Shown: positions 38,157 through 52,660, numbered from the stretch's first letter. The stretch: DNA of 64,000 nucleotides from Chara braunii (GCA_003427395.1 BFEA01000015.1:6633859-6697858), one strand, 5' to 3'. Notes: generated from the sequence alone by a model not told the origin. A program made the numbers and translations.

Positions 38157-38700
38157 TAATAGTAATAATAATAATAATAGTAATATAATAAGAAAGAAGA
38201 AGAAGCAGCGTTGAAGGATGGGAAGAAGAGATAGCAGCAGCATGAGCGGCAATAACAGCGGCGGTGGTGAAGGCGCTGGCGGCAGCATCATCAGCAGCAG
38301 CAGGAGGAAGGAGGAGAAGAAGGAAAAAGAAGCAGAAGCAGCAGCAGCAGCAGAAGAAGAAGAAGAAGAAGAAGAAGAAGAAGAAGAGAAAGAAGAAGCC
38401 GTGGAAGACGAGGAGAAGAGGCGGCAATAGCTTGCGTCGCAGTAACGGCAGCAGTAAAAGAAGAAGAAGAAGAAGAAGAAGAAGAAGAAGGAGGGAGCGA
38501 GGAATTGGAGGTGGGGGGTGAAGGATACGAAGTAGAAACTCAGGAGGAAGAGGTGATGGTCTTGTGGAAGGTGCTAACGAATCGCCCTTAGCCAATCTGG
38601 AAGGCGATCGTGGAGAACGCAGGTGGCGCGCTTTACAAACGCGTTTACGACCTGACCTTCCTACTAGTCTGCTCTGCGCGTGCTCTTCACTGCCTGTGTG

Positions 38701-38772
<72 letters not shown>
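38118..38772. repeat. Compound microsatellites (AAT)n, (CAG)n, (GAA)n, (TG)n, (AG)n
   Basis: Direct inspection. Confidence 0.9.
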
Positions 38773-38774
<2 letters not shown>

Positions 38775-40006
38775 GATTGTACGCTGCTCGGCGTATAATT
38801 CGCGGCTCTGCCTTGGTCCTTACTGCTAGTGTAGTGGAGGAGGCATTAAGCCGGAGAGCTTTCCCGGCCCAGGTGAAGACCCTATCACCTATCAATCTTC
38901 TAGTAATCACCTTTCTGTGAATGGAGTGGGCCTCGCCATACCTCTGTCGAAACGGAGAAAAGTATAAATGCATCTTTCCGCAGAGAGTGGCTAGATGCAT
39001 CCGTTAGTATGAATGGCAACGGATGCATCTTACCACTGTTTGGGCAAGATGCATTCGTTCTTTTTTCCGTTTCGAAAGCGTGTGTGGCGTGGCCCGTTAG
39101 CTGATTAGTATGTCAGAGTTCTTGGGAAATGCTCCTCGGTGGGTCAGGTCCAGCTTCTTCCTTCCTCAAACGGGTCGTTCCTTAATCTGGAGTATGTTGA
39201 AGCAAATTGATCCTCTCCTCCATCCATGTGCCACGTGGCACGATCTGAATTACTTGACTATGTTGAATCAAGTTGATTATGTCTGAATTACTTGGGACTG
39301 CTATGCAGTGGCCAAGTAGCACCACGGCACAAGAAGCTTTGTTTTTTGTTTTTTTTTGGTTTTTTTTTTGTTGTTTTTTTTTCCCCCAAGAAGCTTCTTC
39401 CTTCTCAAGCGGGTCGTAACGTAGTCCGAGTATATTAGACACCCTTCTGATCGGTTGGGAGGGGTTAAGACTTCTTTTTAATCGCTTTTTTTTTGGGGGG
39501 GGGGGCGGGGTGGTGCACAGGGTCCATTGACGGTGAGGGGAGCTTACCTTTCGGCATTTTCTGAGTCGAGGAATATAGACAACAGGGCAAGATGATAGTT
39601 TTTTTTTTTTTTTTTTTGGGTTTTTGACGAGTCCCTGGGACCGTTACTCGGATTATATTCTTCAGAAGAACAATGATTTTATTTTGTTTTATTTTTTCAG
39701 TAGTAGTAATCCAGCGGGAACCCACTCCAAGGTGATTCTTTTTGTTTTCTTGTTTTCTTCTTCTCCCCCCCCCTTCTTTCTTTCAAGGGGCGGCGGCCTT
39801 GAGATATCATCATTGAACATGGCGGCCCCAGGTAATTCAGCACGATTTTTTGTTCTGGCCATCTGATTGTATCTGGATTCGAACTTGGGTCGGATTCATA
39901 TTTCAACAGTTTGTGGTTGTACCGACTGAGCGATCACCCGTTGTTTTGTTTTCTGCTCTCCGAGGGAATTCTTTTGCGTTAAAAAAAGCTCAGCGATTTC
40001 TAATTA

Positions 40007-40119
40007 CCTTCTTCCCACGAATACAACGTACGGTCGGTCATCATAGCTGTATTCGGGGTATCTTTCAGTCTATATACATCTATGATGACCGTACATACGT
40101 TGTATTGGGGGGAAGAAGG
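40007..40119. mobile_element. Tc1/mariner-type MITE copy
   Basis: CCTTCTTCCCACGAATACAACGTA...TACGTTGTATTGGGGGGAAGAAGG, flanked by TA / TG. Confidence 0.65.
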
Positions 40120-40148
40120 TGGCAGTAGGGCTCGCAACTGAGGAGGTA

Positions 40149-40483
40149 CCGGTCTTCTCCCGAACTGAACACACCCTCATCGTGACTGTTATCTTACCAG
40201 AAAGCTAGCTTGTATACATTCATGATCAGGTTCTCCCGAACTGAACACACCTCATCGTGACTGTATCTTACCAGAAAGCTAGCTTGTATACATTCATGAT
40301 CAGGTTCTCCCGAACTGAACACACCCTCATCGTGACTGTATCTGACCAGAAAGCTAGCTTGTATACATTGATGATCAGGTTCTCCCGAACTCAACACACA
40401 CCCTCATCGTGACTGTATCGCACCAGAAAGCTAACTTCTATACATTCATGATCAGGGTGCGCATTATGTTGGCGGGAAGATGG
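40149..40483. repeat. MITE-derived ~75-bp tandem repeat (x4)
   Basis: Unit ttctcccgaactgaacacaccctcatcgtgactgtatc..accagaaagctagcttgtatacattcatgatcagg at 40155, 40231, 40305 and 40380, with MITE-like ends. Confidence 0.8.
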
Positions 40484-40489
40484 TGACTA

Positions 40490-40594
40490 CCGTCTTCAGC
40501 CAAATAGAACGCCGGGTCATTATCGCTGTATTTAGACTGGAAGTTGGCCCAAATACAGCTATAATGACCGGGCGTTCTATTTGGGTGAAGACGG
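40490..40594. mobile_element. Tc1/mariner-type MITE copy
   Basis: TA|CCGTCTTCAGCCAAATAGAACGCC...GGCGTTCTATTTGGGTGAAGACGG|TA. Confidence 0.8.
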
Positions 40595-41023
40595 TAGAGT
40601 TTAGTTGTTATTGATCTGGAATATTCTGCTTCCCTCGTCCAGCAATCCGGTAGCACGTGCTTCACTAGGTAATGGCCCACGTGGCACTACTCACCACATG
40701 CACCAAAGACACGCACGAATTATGGCGCGGTGTATCTTTCCATGTTCTAGCGGAAGATTCATTCTCTTTGCTCATTTGGTGAGGTGTGCGCTGAGGGCGA
40801 ATGACCCCGTGCACCGTGCAGGCCTGTTGTCCGATTGGATGGGTGGCGTGATCTCCTGCAGGCTCGAGGGGCCGTAAAAACACGGCTCTGGTATGCTACG
40901 GGTTTCCCCGTATGCCTATAGGTTGGAGTAGTGGTAGGTAGGTAGTGTGAGGAAAAATTGAGAGAAGAGTATAGTTTTTTGAAGAAAAAGTAAAAAAAAA
41001 GTGAAATGTGCCCTTTAATTCAA

Positions 41024-41252
41024 TCAATAATAAAATAATAGTAAAACAATAATAGTAAAAAATATTAGTAAAAAAATAATATTAAAAATAATACTTAAAA
41101 AATATAGTAGTAAAAAAATAATAGTAAAAAAATAATAGTTAAAAAATATAGTAGTAAAAAAAATAATAGTAAAAAAATAATAGTTAAAAAAATATAGTAA
41201 AAAAAGAATAGTAAAAAAAGAATAATAGAAAAAGAATAGTGAAAAAATAATA
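41024..41252. repeat. A-rich minisatellite, (AAAAAATAATAGT)n-like
   Basis: Direct inspection. Confidence 0.8.
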
Positions 41253-42042
41253 GTTGGTACACCCTGAACCGTTGAAGTACAGACCTGAGTTCGAACTCCA
41301 CAGTTTTTTTGCAGATGGAGCAGACGAGTAAAATACTGCAAATTTTCCCTTTTTTTAATTGAAAAAATAAAACTTAAATCTGCAGGGCCGGTCAGTTCAA
41401 ATGATGATGACATCTCAACGCCGTTGCCCTTTTTTTTAATTAAAAAAAAAACAAAAACGAAACAAAACGAAGCAAAACAAAACTTAAATTGATTGGTTCA
41501 GGTGGACCGCTCATATGTAGAAGGTGGTGATAAACAGGCCATACATGAGGTCGAATCTTGATGGATAAGGGCCAAAAAAAAAGGGAGAATGGCCGCGCTG
41601 CATCTGAATTCTGTGGGGGGGACCACCTTCTAAGCCTCTTAAGTATTTCTCAGTGACCGATAGTGTGTACAAGTGCCGATGTAGAAGTCATTGATAAACT
41701 GGCCATGAGTTCGAATCTTGATGGATAGGGGCTGCCCTCTTTGAAATAACGGAAAAAAATGGGGAAAATGCGAATGGCGTATCTGAATTCTGTGGGGGCA
41801 CCACCACTGAATTCTGTGGGGGGGACCACCTTCTAAGCCTAAGTAGTTCTCAGTGACCGATAGTGTGTGCAAGTACCGACAGGGAAAGCGGGCAAAACCC
41901 CCTAAGAATGAAAAGATCAGACCCCCTGAAGAAAGTGACAGGGAAAGCGGACAACCCCCCCTAACAATGAAAAGATCAGACCCCCCTAAGAAAGTGAGTG
42001 AAGTAGTTAGACTTCCAATAAGGCCCTTTTTACTCTTGGTTG

Positions 42043-42154
42043 GAGGGCTGGGCTAGATACTTGAGGGGCAATTTGGAAAGAGGGCTGGGCTAGATACTCG
42101 AAGGGCAATTTGGTAAGAGGGCTGGGCTAGATACTCGAGGGGCAATTTGGTAAG
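42043..42154. repeat. 37-bp tandem repeat (x3)
   Basis: Unit gagggctgggctagatactcgaggggcaatttggtaa. Confidence 0.85.
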
Positions 42155-43436
42155 GATGCCCCTTCCTTGGGGATATCGTGTTGTTTCCAGTTTCGCTTTA
42201 AGCATTTCCCTTATGCTGAAAAGATGCGTCTGCTCTGATGCATTTTTTATTTCTGACCCTAAAAGAGCTCGAAAGAGGGGTGGAAAATTTGTCTATTGAA
42301 ATAGGCAGCCCCCTCCCTACTCTGGGTAATAGCCATAACGAATTATGTGCACAGATGAGCGAAGATATGCGGATGCTTCTATTGCAAACAGCAAACGCAA
42401 GGCCTCACTGCACCACTCACCAAAAGTGCAAAATGAGAATGAATCTCCCACGAGAACATGGATGCATTCACTGCCACAGTTTTTGTCTTTTGTGCATGTG
42501 GTGGGTGGTGGAGCGAGTAGCCTAACTAACGAGTAAATGCAGCGAAGAAAAGGCGTATGAGATGCGGACAGGCATTGTGACAAAAAAAAAGGTTGCGTCA
42601 GAGTCTCTTCAGGATATGATGATGATCCAAAGAGAGAAGCGAAAGGGGTATTCGTGGTCTAGGCATTGTTGCGGCAGAGTCGCTTAAGGGTATGATGACC
42701 CAAAGAGAGAAGGGAATGGCGCAAGCAAGCATATTACCATGTCCTACGGAATGACCCACGCGCATTATGATTGCACCGGACCAAAAAGATAGCTTGTATG
42801 CATTCATGGTCTGGGTGGGTGCCTTGTGTTCGGGGGAAGATGGTTGTCAGCATGTTATAATATTTGTTCTAATAATAGCAAGATCAGTGAGAGGCATATA
42901 GCATGATCCATGTAGGAGGTTGAAAGCGATACTCTGTGCGTCTTCCCACTTCTCCTCCTCCTCCTCCTCCTCCTCCTCCTACTACTACTACTACTTTTAC
43001 TCGTCTCTTTACTCTGTGAGAGCTCCGTAGTTCCCTCCTCCCTCTCATGGTTCAATCTCCCCTACATCACCCCCCATGTCTTCTGCATCCTCTCGGGACG
43101 ATTTCTTTCCCATGAGACTCCCTGAACCTCTAGCCATTCATTCCCTTCAATGAACCTTTATACTCAGAATGATTCACCATAGGTTAACGTTTATGTGTTG
43201 ATGGATTAAGCATTATCCTCCACGGAGTCGCCATGGGTTAAGCATTACAGTCCGTCAGAGTAACCGATCATCATCGAGTGTGGCCCCGACGCAAGCCGTC
43301 CTCCTTTGGTTCCGGGCTGGGCTGAAAACTTTTGCTGGTCAGCGCTTGACACTGACATTTCTAGCAGGAGGAGGGGTGTGGGTATCTCTTTAAGTCTTTT
43401 TCGCCATCTTCTCAAGGTAAAGCTTAACTCTCTCCT

Positions 43437-43499
<63 letters not shown>

Positions 43500-43941
43500 T
43501 TCTCTCTTTCTCTCTTTCTCTCTTTCTCTCTTTCTCTTTCTTTCTCTCTCTCTCTCTCTCTCTGTGCGCGTGCTGTCTCTGTGTACGGAGTACAGATCAG
43601 ACACGGAACGTCTGCTCGAGTACAAAACAAATGGGGGCGCTGCATCCAGCAAGCAGCTTGGGAGTACGTTTAGACTGTGGATGGATGGATGTCCTTGAGA
43701 AGCTTTGTTAACTGTGGTTTCCTTTGCAAGTTACTCCACTGTCCAGCAGTCAATGTGCCCAGGGTTATAATACTATGTAATAGACTTCCGCACTAGGGAT
43801 GCACTGGAGCCGAGAAGCCGTTTGCTGCCAATTATTTGGATGATTCAGTTCGTCTGCGCTTACATGCCTCATCGATTTTCGCTGCCCTCTTTGTTTGACT
43901 GTAGGCTTGGTTTCCTTTCTATCCTCAGGCTGGTATACTGA

Positions 43942-44115
<174 letters not shown>

Positions 44116-44655
44116 TGAAAACTCCATTCTTTTTCCATTTTTCTTTGTTCTCTTGTACGGTGAAATTCTTAATTGTCAATCAATCTGGCAATTTATTAAA
44201 TAGGGCTGTTGTTCTTTTTATCGAATCTGGCAATTTATTTAATACGGCTGTTGTTCTCTTTATCGATGTGGTATGACTATGGCAGCTCTGCAAAGAATTA
44301 TCGCACTCCCTGGATTCGTTTTGTGGGAAGAAAATGAAGATGTACACGTCTGAGATGTCGGAAAAGAAACAGTTGCACTTCAGACATCGAAGACCTTGCT
44401 GTTGTTCAGCCCCTCCAACCCTAAACCAGAGCATGGAGGAGGTGATCCTGCTTGCATGCTGAATTGTGGGCTTTTGTTAGACGTGTTCTACTGGTCAGTC
44501 TGGGTGTGTGCTTTGTCCTGCCTTTTCTCTGTTTTTGTAGTTGAGGAGAAAACACCTTGGGGAAGCCGATAACTCGGAGGGGAACCCATCGTAACCATGC
44601 CTATTGGAGGGTGACGGGTAGTGAGTGAGGGTGAGGAAGGTGGAAACTGGTGAAG

Positions 44656-44714
<59 letters not shown>

Positions 44715-44768
44715 NNNNNNNNNNNNNNNNNNNNNNNNNNNNNNNNNNNNNNNNNNNNNNNNNNNNNN

Positions 44769-44825
<57 letters not shown>

Positions 44826-45731
44826 GGATAGAAATCGTTATGTTGCGGAACGCTTATCTGCATTTTCCATGAGAACCTCAGGACACGAAGTGGGCGAAGC
44901 TGAAGGCGCATTCTTGGTCCGGAAACTCTTTCATAAAATTCTGACAAACGTTTTAGCAAAAGGAGAAGGAAGAGGTGTGGTGGGAGGTGGAGGGAGAGAT
45001 GTGAGAGAGCTTCTCGCATGTGTTGATGTTTTCTTTGAGCAGAGTTTTGGTGATGATTAAATGAATCATGTGAAGGCTGGGGATGGTGTACAAGCTCTTC
45101 GTATGGAGTGTGGGAGTTCTGGGGATGACTTGAGCGGCAACAGAAAATGCTGATGGTCTGTATGGTGGTTCAATTGATAACACATTTTTTGACGATATAT
45201 ACATGAATGCTTGTCGAACAACTACTGGGCTTGCATGACAACGTGCTGGTTTTGCGAATGACGGGGAATTGATTCCGTAATCAAAGATGTGCCGACACGT
45301 GCTGATACCCTGGGAGAGATGAGAGGGAGAGCTTATGGGCNCTGGTTTTGCGAATGACGGGGAATTGATTCCGTAATCAAAGATGTGCCGACACGTGCTG
45401 ATACCCTGGGAGAGATGAGAGGGAGAGCTTATGGGCTTAGTTCAGCAGAAGCTGAGGTACGGAGAGGGAGTACTGACAAGTGACAGTGATTGGTATTCAG
45501 GCTGGTGACCCTTCTCTTTCCCAAGCCTTCGCATGTGCGATCTAGAGGGTAGGTTTTTCTCCGCTGCTGTCTGCAGTTGACACTTCTGAGGGTGCAGTAC
45601 TGTGACGCTGTGGATGACGATCAGCTATATTAAGTCGATTTATGTATCCAGTGTTGGGTCTGTCTTTCGGCAGAGCTTCATCCAGCTTAGCGTTGTCGTG
45701 TATTTTTGCTTGTTTGCGCGATTGTCTACAG

Positions 45732-45791
45732 GTATCGAGTGCCAAGCGAACCAAGCCAGTGCCACAAGTGATGAATGCACAGTTGCTTGGG
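45732..45791 (+). CDS. RBX1: RBX1 exon 3
   Basis: ctacag|GT...TGGG|gtgagt; (C)[19 protein letters not shown](G). Confidence 0.97.
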
Positions 45792-45860
45792 GTGAGTTTG
45801 GAACTTTGGACCGTGGATGACACAATGGTCACTGTTGATTTTTCAGGATTTGATGTTCTA

Positions 45861-45966
45861 CCGTTTTCACCCGAATAGAACGCCCGGTCATTATCGCTGC
45901 ATCTGGACTGAAAGTTTTGGCCAAATGCCGCTATAATGACCAGGCGTTGTATTCGGGTGAAGACGG
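45861..45966. mobile_element. Tc1/mariner-type MITE copy in RBX1 intron 3
   Basis: TA|CCGTTTTCACCCGAATAGAACGCC...GGCGTTGTATTCGGGTGAAGACGG|TA. Confidence 0.8.
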
Positions 45967-46769
45967 TAGTCGATCAGTTGTCAAGCAACCTGATGGAGCG
46001 AGCCTTTCTTGGGCGTATGTAGTGTTTATTGGATCGAGGGGCCACTCACACTGGCAGCACATTTTTGCTTATTTCTGGCCGGAATTTCAGCTAGATGCAT
46101 ACAGTTCCGGCCGTGAAAGCGGTCACATGCATATAAGATAGTGCCAGTGCGAGTATGCCCTGAGAATCCCTCGTTGGTTTGCTGATATCATGCCTATCGC
46201 GCCTGTCCCCTAAGCCATCATCTGACTACATAGCCCCGGGCTCTTCTGCTGCCCTCTCCTCCCCCCCTTGTTCATCGTACCTCTGTGCTATGCAACTGTA
46301 AGTGTGTGCTGTTATATTGCAGATGGCTGTGTGGTAGATGGCGAGCCTAGGCCGAACAGAGATTACTCCTCAACCGCACAAATGTTGTAGACCTTGCTCC
46401 TGAAAGTCAAAAAGAATGGAACAGATGAAAGGAATGAGTGTTAAAAAAAAAAAAAAAAGAACCAAGAAAAAGAAAAAGAAGGAACACAAACAAATGAGAA
46501 AGGGAAGGAATGAGAAGCGAATGAGAATAGGAAAAGGGAGAAGTTAGCTCAGTTTGTACACCCATGGACTGTTGACATGCAGACGTGAGTTGGAATCCAG
46601 ATGGAACCAGTAACCTTTCCCCTCTTCCTGTTGCCTTCTGTGTTGTGTAAGTTGTGTTTCTTTTCTGTTGTTGCACATTGCAAATGCCCGGCTCTTCGTT
46701 AATTGCTGTGTGACAATGGAAAGATAACCTCCTGGGGATGAGGATGTTCTGTTTAAATAGTTGAAGACT

Positions 46770-47167
46770 CTGTTTGTGTGTGTGCATGCATGTGTGTGGG
46801 TGAGTGTGCAGTGTGCACCGCCTTTTTTTTCCTGTGTATGTTGATGCGTGTGTTCTTCTGTGTGTGCGCTTGTGTGTGCGTGTTGTGTGCATGTGTGTGG
46901 GTGAGTGTGCAGTGTGCACGTCTTTTTTTTTGGTTTGTGTGTTGACGTGTGTGTTCTTCCATGTGGGAGCTTGTGTGTGCGTGTCGTGTCGTGTCATGTG
47001 TGTGCATGCATGTGTTTGTGTGGTGTGCGCTTGTGTGCATGCATGCATGTGTGTGTGCGTGTGTGGGCGAGTGTGCAGTGTGCACGTCTTTTTTTTTTCT
47101 TTGTGTGTCGACGTGTCTGTTCTTCCGTGTGTGCGCTTGTGTGTGCGCATCTGTGTGTTTGTGTGGT
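46770..47167. repeat. TG-rich degenerate tandem repeat
   Basis: gtgtgtgggYgagtgtgcagtgtgcac recurs three times, embedded in TG repeats. Confidence 0.75.
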
Positions 47168-48503
47168 GACAAGGCTTGCACGATCGTGCCGTGGCCTGTT
47201 GCGTGGAGAGGTGGTGTTTATAAACAACACATGAGAAGGAGCCCGCGGCCAGGCATCCCCAAGAAACGAACGCACATAATGTCAAGCTTCGAAAGGCCAT
47301 GAAGCGAAAAAGAACCACAAGGCAAAAACCAAGCCAAATGTGAGCAAGGCAAAGGTCAGGAAGGATGCATGAAGCAACAAGGGATTGTACAAGAAGCGCC
47401 AGCAACGAACATAGGATGGAGGGCATGGGGGGTAGGTGGGTGGGTGGACGAACAGGATTAGGCAGCAGAGGCGGGAAAAGGCAACAAGCCAAGGAGCAGC
47501 AAGGCAAAAACCCAACAGGGCAGACAACAAAAAAAAGAAGAGTACTAAGTGCCAAAAAACATGAAGTGAAAAAAAAAGAAAAAAAAAAAAAGAAAAAACT
47601 GATGATGCAATATTTGTTTCGTCGGAGTTGCACCGATTCGTCAGGAGGCTGGCCCTCGGCAATCTGCAGAATCTCGATATCGATGCTTCGAGTTGTGAAC
47701 CCTCCGACCCTTGTTGAAAGCAGACTGCCAGCTGGCAATAGCACAAGCAGAACATAGCAGCAGGCAACGACTTCAGTGAAGCGCCAGGCAATGCTGCAGG
47801 GGAAGCTGAACTGCACAACGTCATGAAAGCGGGCTGCCAGCTGGCAATACCACAAGGAGAACATAGCAGTCGGCAATGACTCAGCGAAGCATGAGGCAAC
47901 GCTGTCGGGGCAACGGAACTGCACCACGTCAAAACTAACTGCGTGGAACGATAGCGCAAGTGGACAGGCACCATGGCAACGACACAGCGAAGCACAAGGC
48001 GACACTGCCAAACTTCCAATCCGCCACACGACACACAAGCAAAGTGCGCAGGAAGGCAATGCACACAGACAGTCAGCAATGCAACAGCGCAGCGATGCAC
48101 AGGGCAACATCAACAGCTCAGCCAAACTACACTGCAACACACAAGCTGTGAATAACGGCATGGGGAGCAAGAGGGGTGACAAGCACGGCAGCCGTGGAGC
48201 ATAGCCAAGGGAAGTCCACACATCCGATGAACGGAGCGAAGCTGCACATCACCTATGCACACCGCAAGAAGAACCCCGCAGGCTGTCGGTTCCTACCACC
48301 GGCTGAGCCAGGAAGCCACTCCAACGGACATCTATCATCACCCATAGACTGTATGCATCACCCATAGACTGTATGCATCACCGACATCACGAACAGACAG
48401 CCCCCCCCCCCCTTAATAGCCGTGCAGCTACACTTGACACCCCACCACTGTCTGTTTAGTAGCACTTTTTAAAGGTGCTCACATGGACCCAGAAAGTGCA
48501 TAG

Positions 48504-48884
<381 letters not shown>

Positions 48885-49923
48885 TAGTTTGTGTATTTCC
48901 GGGGGGGGGTTAGGAGAGGGGAGGGAACTCAGCCGTTTCAAAGCGGGATGGGTGTGGACTCTGTGGAGAAGAGGGTACTCTGTGAGTCAGAAGAATTTGA
49001 GCTTAGCAGGAAGGGGGGATCAAGGTTCTGGCAGGAAGCCTTTTTTTCTTGAAGGGCATTCACCCTGCTCTTTGGGTCGCTGACTCATCTCTTGTTCTGG
49101 CAAGATGTGGCGTGTGCAGAAGAGATGCCACCATCTGCTGTTGAGTACTGACTGAATGATGGGTTGCTTTCTTTTCTTTTTCTTTTTCTTTTTCTTTTTC
49201 TTTTTCTTTTTCTTTTTCTTTTTATTATTTGTCTTTTTATTATGTTTTTCTTTTTATTATTTTTTTTCTTTGAAAGGGGTGACCCTAGGACTATTGTATC
49301 CATCGGGATTTTCATGATGATGATCTGTTTATTAACAGTTGTATATGCACAGCACTGAGTCCTATTCAACCACGGGGAAGGTACTGAAGATGGGTCAAGT
49401 TTTTTTTTTTTTTTTTTTTGAGCTGTCTTCTCCTCTGATATGGGGGACAGCTGTATCAGATCAGATACACTATTATCTTCTCTCAACATTTTCCTTGCTT
49501 CTGTCATAATGTGAATTTTCAAGTTTGTGCATTTGACGGAGTTGTGCAACGCAGTACTTAGTGAAAATCTGGATTGCATTTCCCGGGTGCATGGGTTGAA
49601 TCCACGGTTCCAGCCAGCATGCTGCTGCCCGGATGGCCTGGGCGCGGTAGGTCCGGGCAAGGTTCTGGGAAGTCGCAGTATGAAATTAAAAAAAAATATA
49701 CATGTATCTGTAAAGAAAAAAAAAACAAATTATGTTGTGTAGAATCGCTCCATTGATAAGAAAGATCTCGGGAAATGCAGCAAAAAAGTCAAGTGTCAAA
49801 CATGGCTATCTTGGTATCTTCTCTTTTTGGGCCGGCAGCTGGTCAATCATGAAGGCCTCCTTTTAGGGCCCAAATTTCCTATGGTGTACTAAATCACTTA
49901 CAGCACTTCGAAATTCTTTATGA

Positions 49924-49968
<45 letters not shown>

Positions 49969-50089
49969 ATTTTACACCCCTTTAAGCCAAGCCCCGTTTT
50001 ATTAAAACTTTAAACCCTACTGAGCCTGTTAATACCATCCAGATCCCACCCCCCTAACGTAACGACGCCAGGTTCTCAAACCTAATGGC

Positions 50090-50193
50090 GCATTTGGACA
50101 CGTTTTTTGGACACATCATTTGGACACGTTTTTTGGACACATTTTTCGGGGCACATTTGGACACGTTTTTTGGACACATTTTTCGGACACGTT
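50090..50193. repeat. TTTGGACAC short tandem repeat
   Basis: About seven copies of (t)ttggacac. Confidence 0.8.
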
Positions 50194-50877
50194 TCGGTGT
50201 GCGGAGAAATGCCTGGCTGACTATTTTTGGAAGAAGAAAATGGGTCAGACGCTTCGACTCACCCGTGTACTTCCAGGCAGGCGAGCGAGCTCGAGTTGCC
50301 TGGGATCGGCTGGCCCTTGCCGGACTGGTGAACCCACATAACTCTGCTAGCCAGCCCAGGATTGACCAGAGTTTTGTGGGAATTCACGCATCTCTCTGCT
50401 TGAGTTTTGTGGGAATTCACACATCTCTCTGCTTGGATTGCCGTCTCGCCATTGGGAACGAGGTTGTTGTATTGTTTTCTCAACGTATTTCTCTGCTCCC
50501 GATGAAATGCCGCCTCTCTGCTCCACCTGTGCCTCTGGTAATCTTTCCTCTCCTTCCTATTCTTGCCCCTTCCCCCCACCGTCCTCCCCCCCTCCTCGCT
50601 TTTTGCATCCTTGTCCAGCTCTTTCACCACCTCTCTCCTCTCCTTTGAGCCTCGTGCATTTTTGTAATAAAGATAGTAATGTACCCAACAATGAATGAAA
50701 TTCTTTTGCTTGTCCCTTTCGTTGCTCCAGTGGTCGCTCTTGCCTCGGCTGCCAAGAACGAGGGTTCCTTTTTTTTTTCCACCTGGCGTTAGGGGTCTAT
50801 GAACTAGGGTTCTTTCTGACTCGTCGTTGACATTTGTGTAGTCCCATTTGGATCGCGGTGTGTGGGATATCCTGCCA

Positions 50878-51035
50878 TGAACAAGGTTCTCTCTTTTTTT
50901 GGGCCTCTGTTAGGGGTCTATGAACAAGGTTCTCTCTTTTTTTGGGCCTCTGTTAGGGGTCTATGAACAAGGCTCTCTCTTTTTTTGGGCCTCTGTTAGG
51001 GGTCTGTGACATTTGATCCAGTGTTAGGGGTCTTT
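50878..51035. repeat. ~43-bp tandem repeat (x3) upstream of RBX1 exon 5
   Basis: Unit atgaacaaggttctctctttttttgggcctctgttaggggtct. Confidence 0.85.
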
Positions 51036-51107
51036 GACTTCTTGCTGACGTGTTGCCGACATTTGTGTTGTCCCGTTTGGATCGCCGTGCGTGCTTTATT
51101 TTGCCAG

Positions 51108-51145
51108 ATAATAGTGAGTGGGAATTTCAGAAGTACGGGCGCTGA
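51108..51145 (+). CDS. RBX1: RBX1 exon 5
   Basis: tgccag|AT; (D)NSEWEFQKYGR-TGA. The spliced CDS is 339 nt (112 aa) and in frame. Confidence 0.93.
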
Positions 51146-52198
51146 CCTCAACAGCTGCGCAGCAGCGCAGGCTGTCGGGCCTGCTTTCCCCGTTGTGCTT
51201 GTCCATCTGCGAATGATGTACGCAATGGGGTGTGTCATCGGTACAATAATCTGTCAGAGCACTCTGCGGGTAAGCCCCTGCAGCTAACAGCGAGTGAGTA
51301 GGAGTTTCCGAAGTGTGTATGTAGTCCTTAGGCGCGACCGTGTTCGCAGTTGATTGCAGCAGCGCAGCAGCCGCAGCAGCAGCACCTTGCCGGGCCTGCT
51401 TTTTCCCCAGATGACCGGAATGGTCAGGAGGCAGAAAAGGTTTTGGGCCTGCCGGTGGCCGCCGGGAGCGTCTCTTTGTGAAGTGGAAAAGGTTTTCGGC
51501 CTACCGGTAGCCGCCGGGAGTTTCTCTTTGCGAAGCAGGTGGTCCTCAATGGAGCTTGTTGGAGGTCCCAACAAATCTGTTTATGAAGCAGTCTGTTGGT
51601 ATTCAAGAACCAGTCCCACCGACTCGCCCACCCGCCCGCCCGCCCCACCTTATGGCTCAGAAAAGGTAATCCCTGTGCCTCGGCGGAGGAAGTGCTGATT
51701 TGACTGTTGTAGGATTCTCTTGTCCAATCAACTGGTGATGCTGTATTTCTGTTGAACGTGTGCACCGTTTTTTTTTTTCCCTTTTTTTTTTTTCCTGGCT
51801 AAGGTTTTTTTTTTTTTTTTTTTTTTCCTGGCTAAGTTTTTTTTCTCCCTTTTTTTTCTTTTTTCCTGGCTAAGTTTTGTTTTTTGCAGCTCGAATCTTA
51901 CACTTCTTTTTAAACAATTCTCCAAGAATCTTTTGTCTTCAGAACGTGGTGTTTTTTTTTTCCCCTATTTTTTTTGTTTCTTTTTTTGTTGTTGTGATTC
52001 TCACTGATTCACTCTTCCGTCTCCCCTGATTTCTCTTCCACCCTCCACCCCCCCCCCTCTCCCCTTCTATTTTTCGTCTCTTCTCTCTCCCATCTTCCTC
52101 CTGTTGCCCTTACCATCTCACGCGGCTGCCCTGCCTGATGCCGGATCCACATGTGGAGAACGCTTTTTTTTTGTGTGTGTGTATGTGTCTGTGTGGAG

Positions 52199-52238
<40 letters not shown>

Positions 52239-52245
52239 TGNGGNG

Positions 52246-52276
<31 letters not shown>

Positions 52277-52306
52277 GTATGTCTGCCGGAGGGCTACTGT
52301 TGGAGG

Positions 52307-52614
52307 TGTTGAGAAGTGAAAGATTTATGAAAAAGTCAAGATTCTCTCTCTTTGTTGAGAAGTCGAAGATTTATGAAAAAGTCAAGATTCTCTCCTTGTT
52401 GAGAAGTCAAAGATTTATGAAAAAGTCAAGATTGTCACTTTGTTGAGAAGTCAAAGATTTATGTAAAAGTCAAGATTGTCTCTCTTTGTTGAGAAGAAGA
52501 TTTATGAAAAAGTCAAGATTGTTTTTTTTGTGCCGGCTCTTTGTTGAGAAGTCAAGATTGTCTTGTGCTGCTGCTCTGATTTCCCTCTCTCTTTGCTAAG
52601 AAGTCAAGATTGTC

Positions 52615-52615
<1 letters not shown>
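52307..52615. repeat. ~45-bp tandem repeat (x6-7)
   Basis: Unit tgttgagaagtcaaagatttatgaaaaagtcaagatt(c/g)tctct. Confidence 0.85.

Positions 52616-52660
<45 letters not shown>

Noticed and set aside
36247-39000. 251-, 406- and 346-aa minus-strand ORFs in RBX1 intron 1
   Set aside because: They translate purine-rich simple repeats and MITEs, with no domain signal.
45246-45436. Exact 95-bp tandem duplication
   Set aside because: The two copies are identical and separated by a single N, so this is probably an unmerged contig overlap.
46407-48221. 604-aa minus-strand ORF in RBX1 intron 3
   Set aside because: Built from TG/CA repeats and a repeat family, with no recognisable domain.
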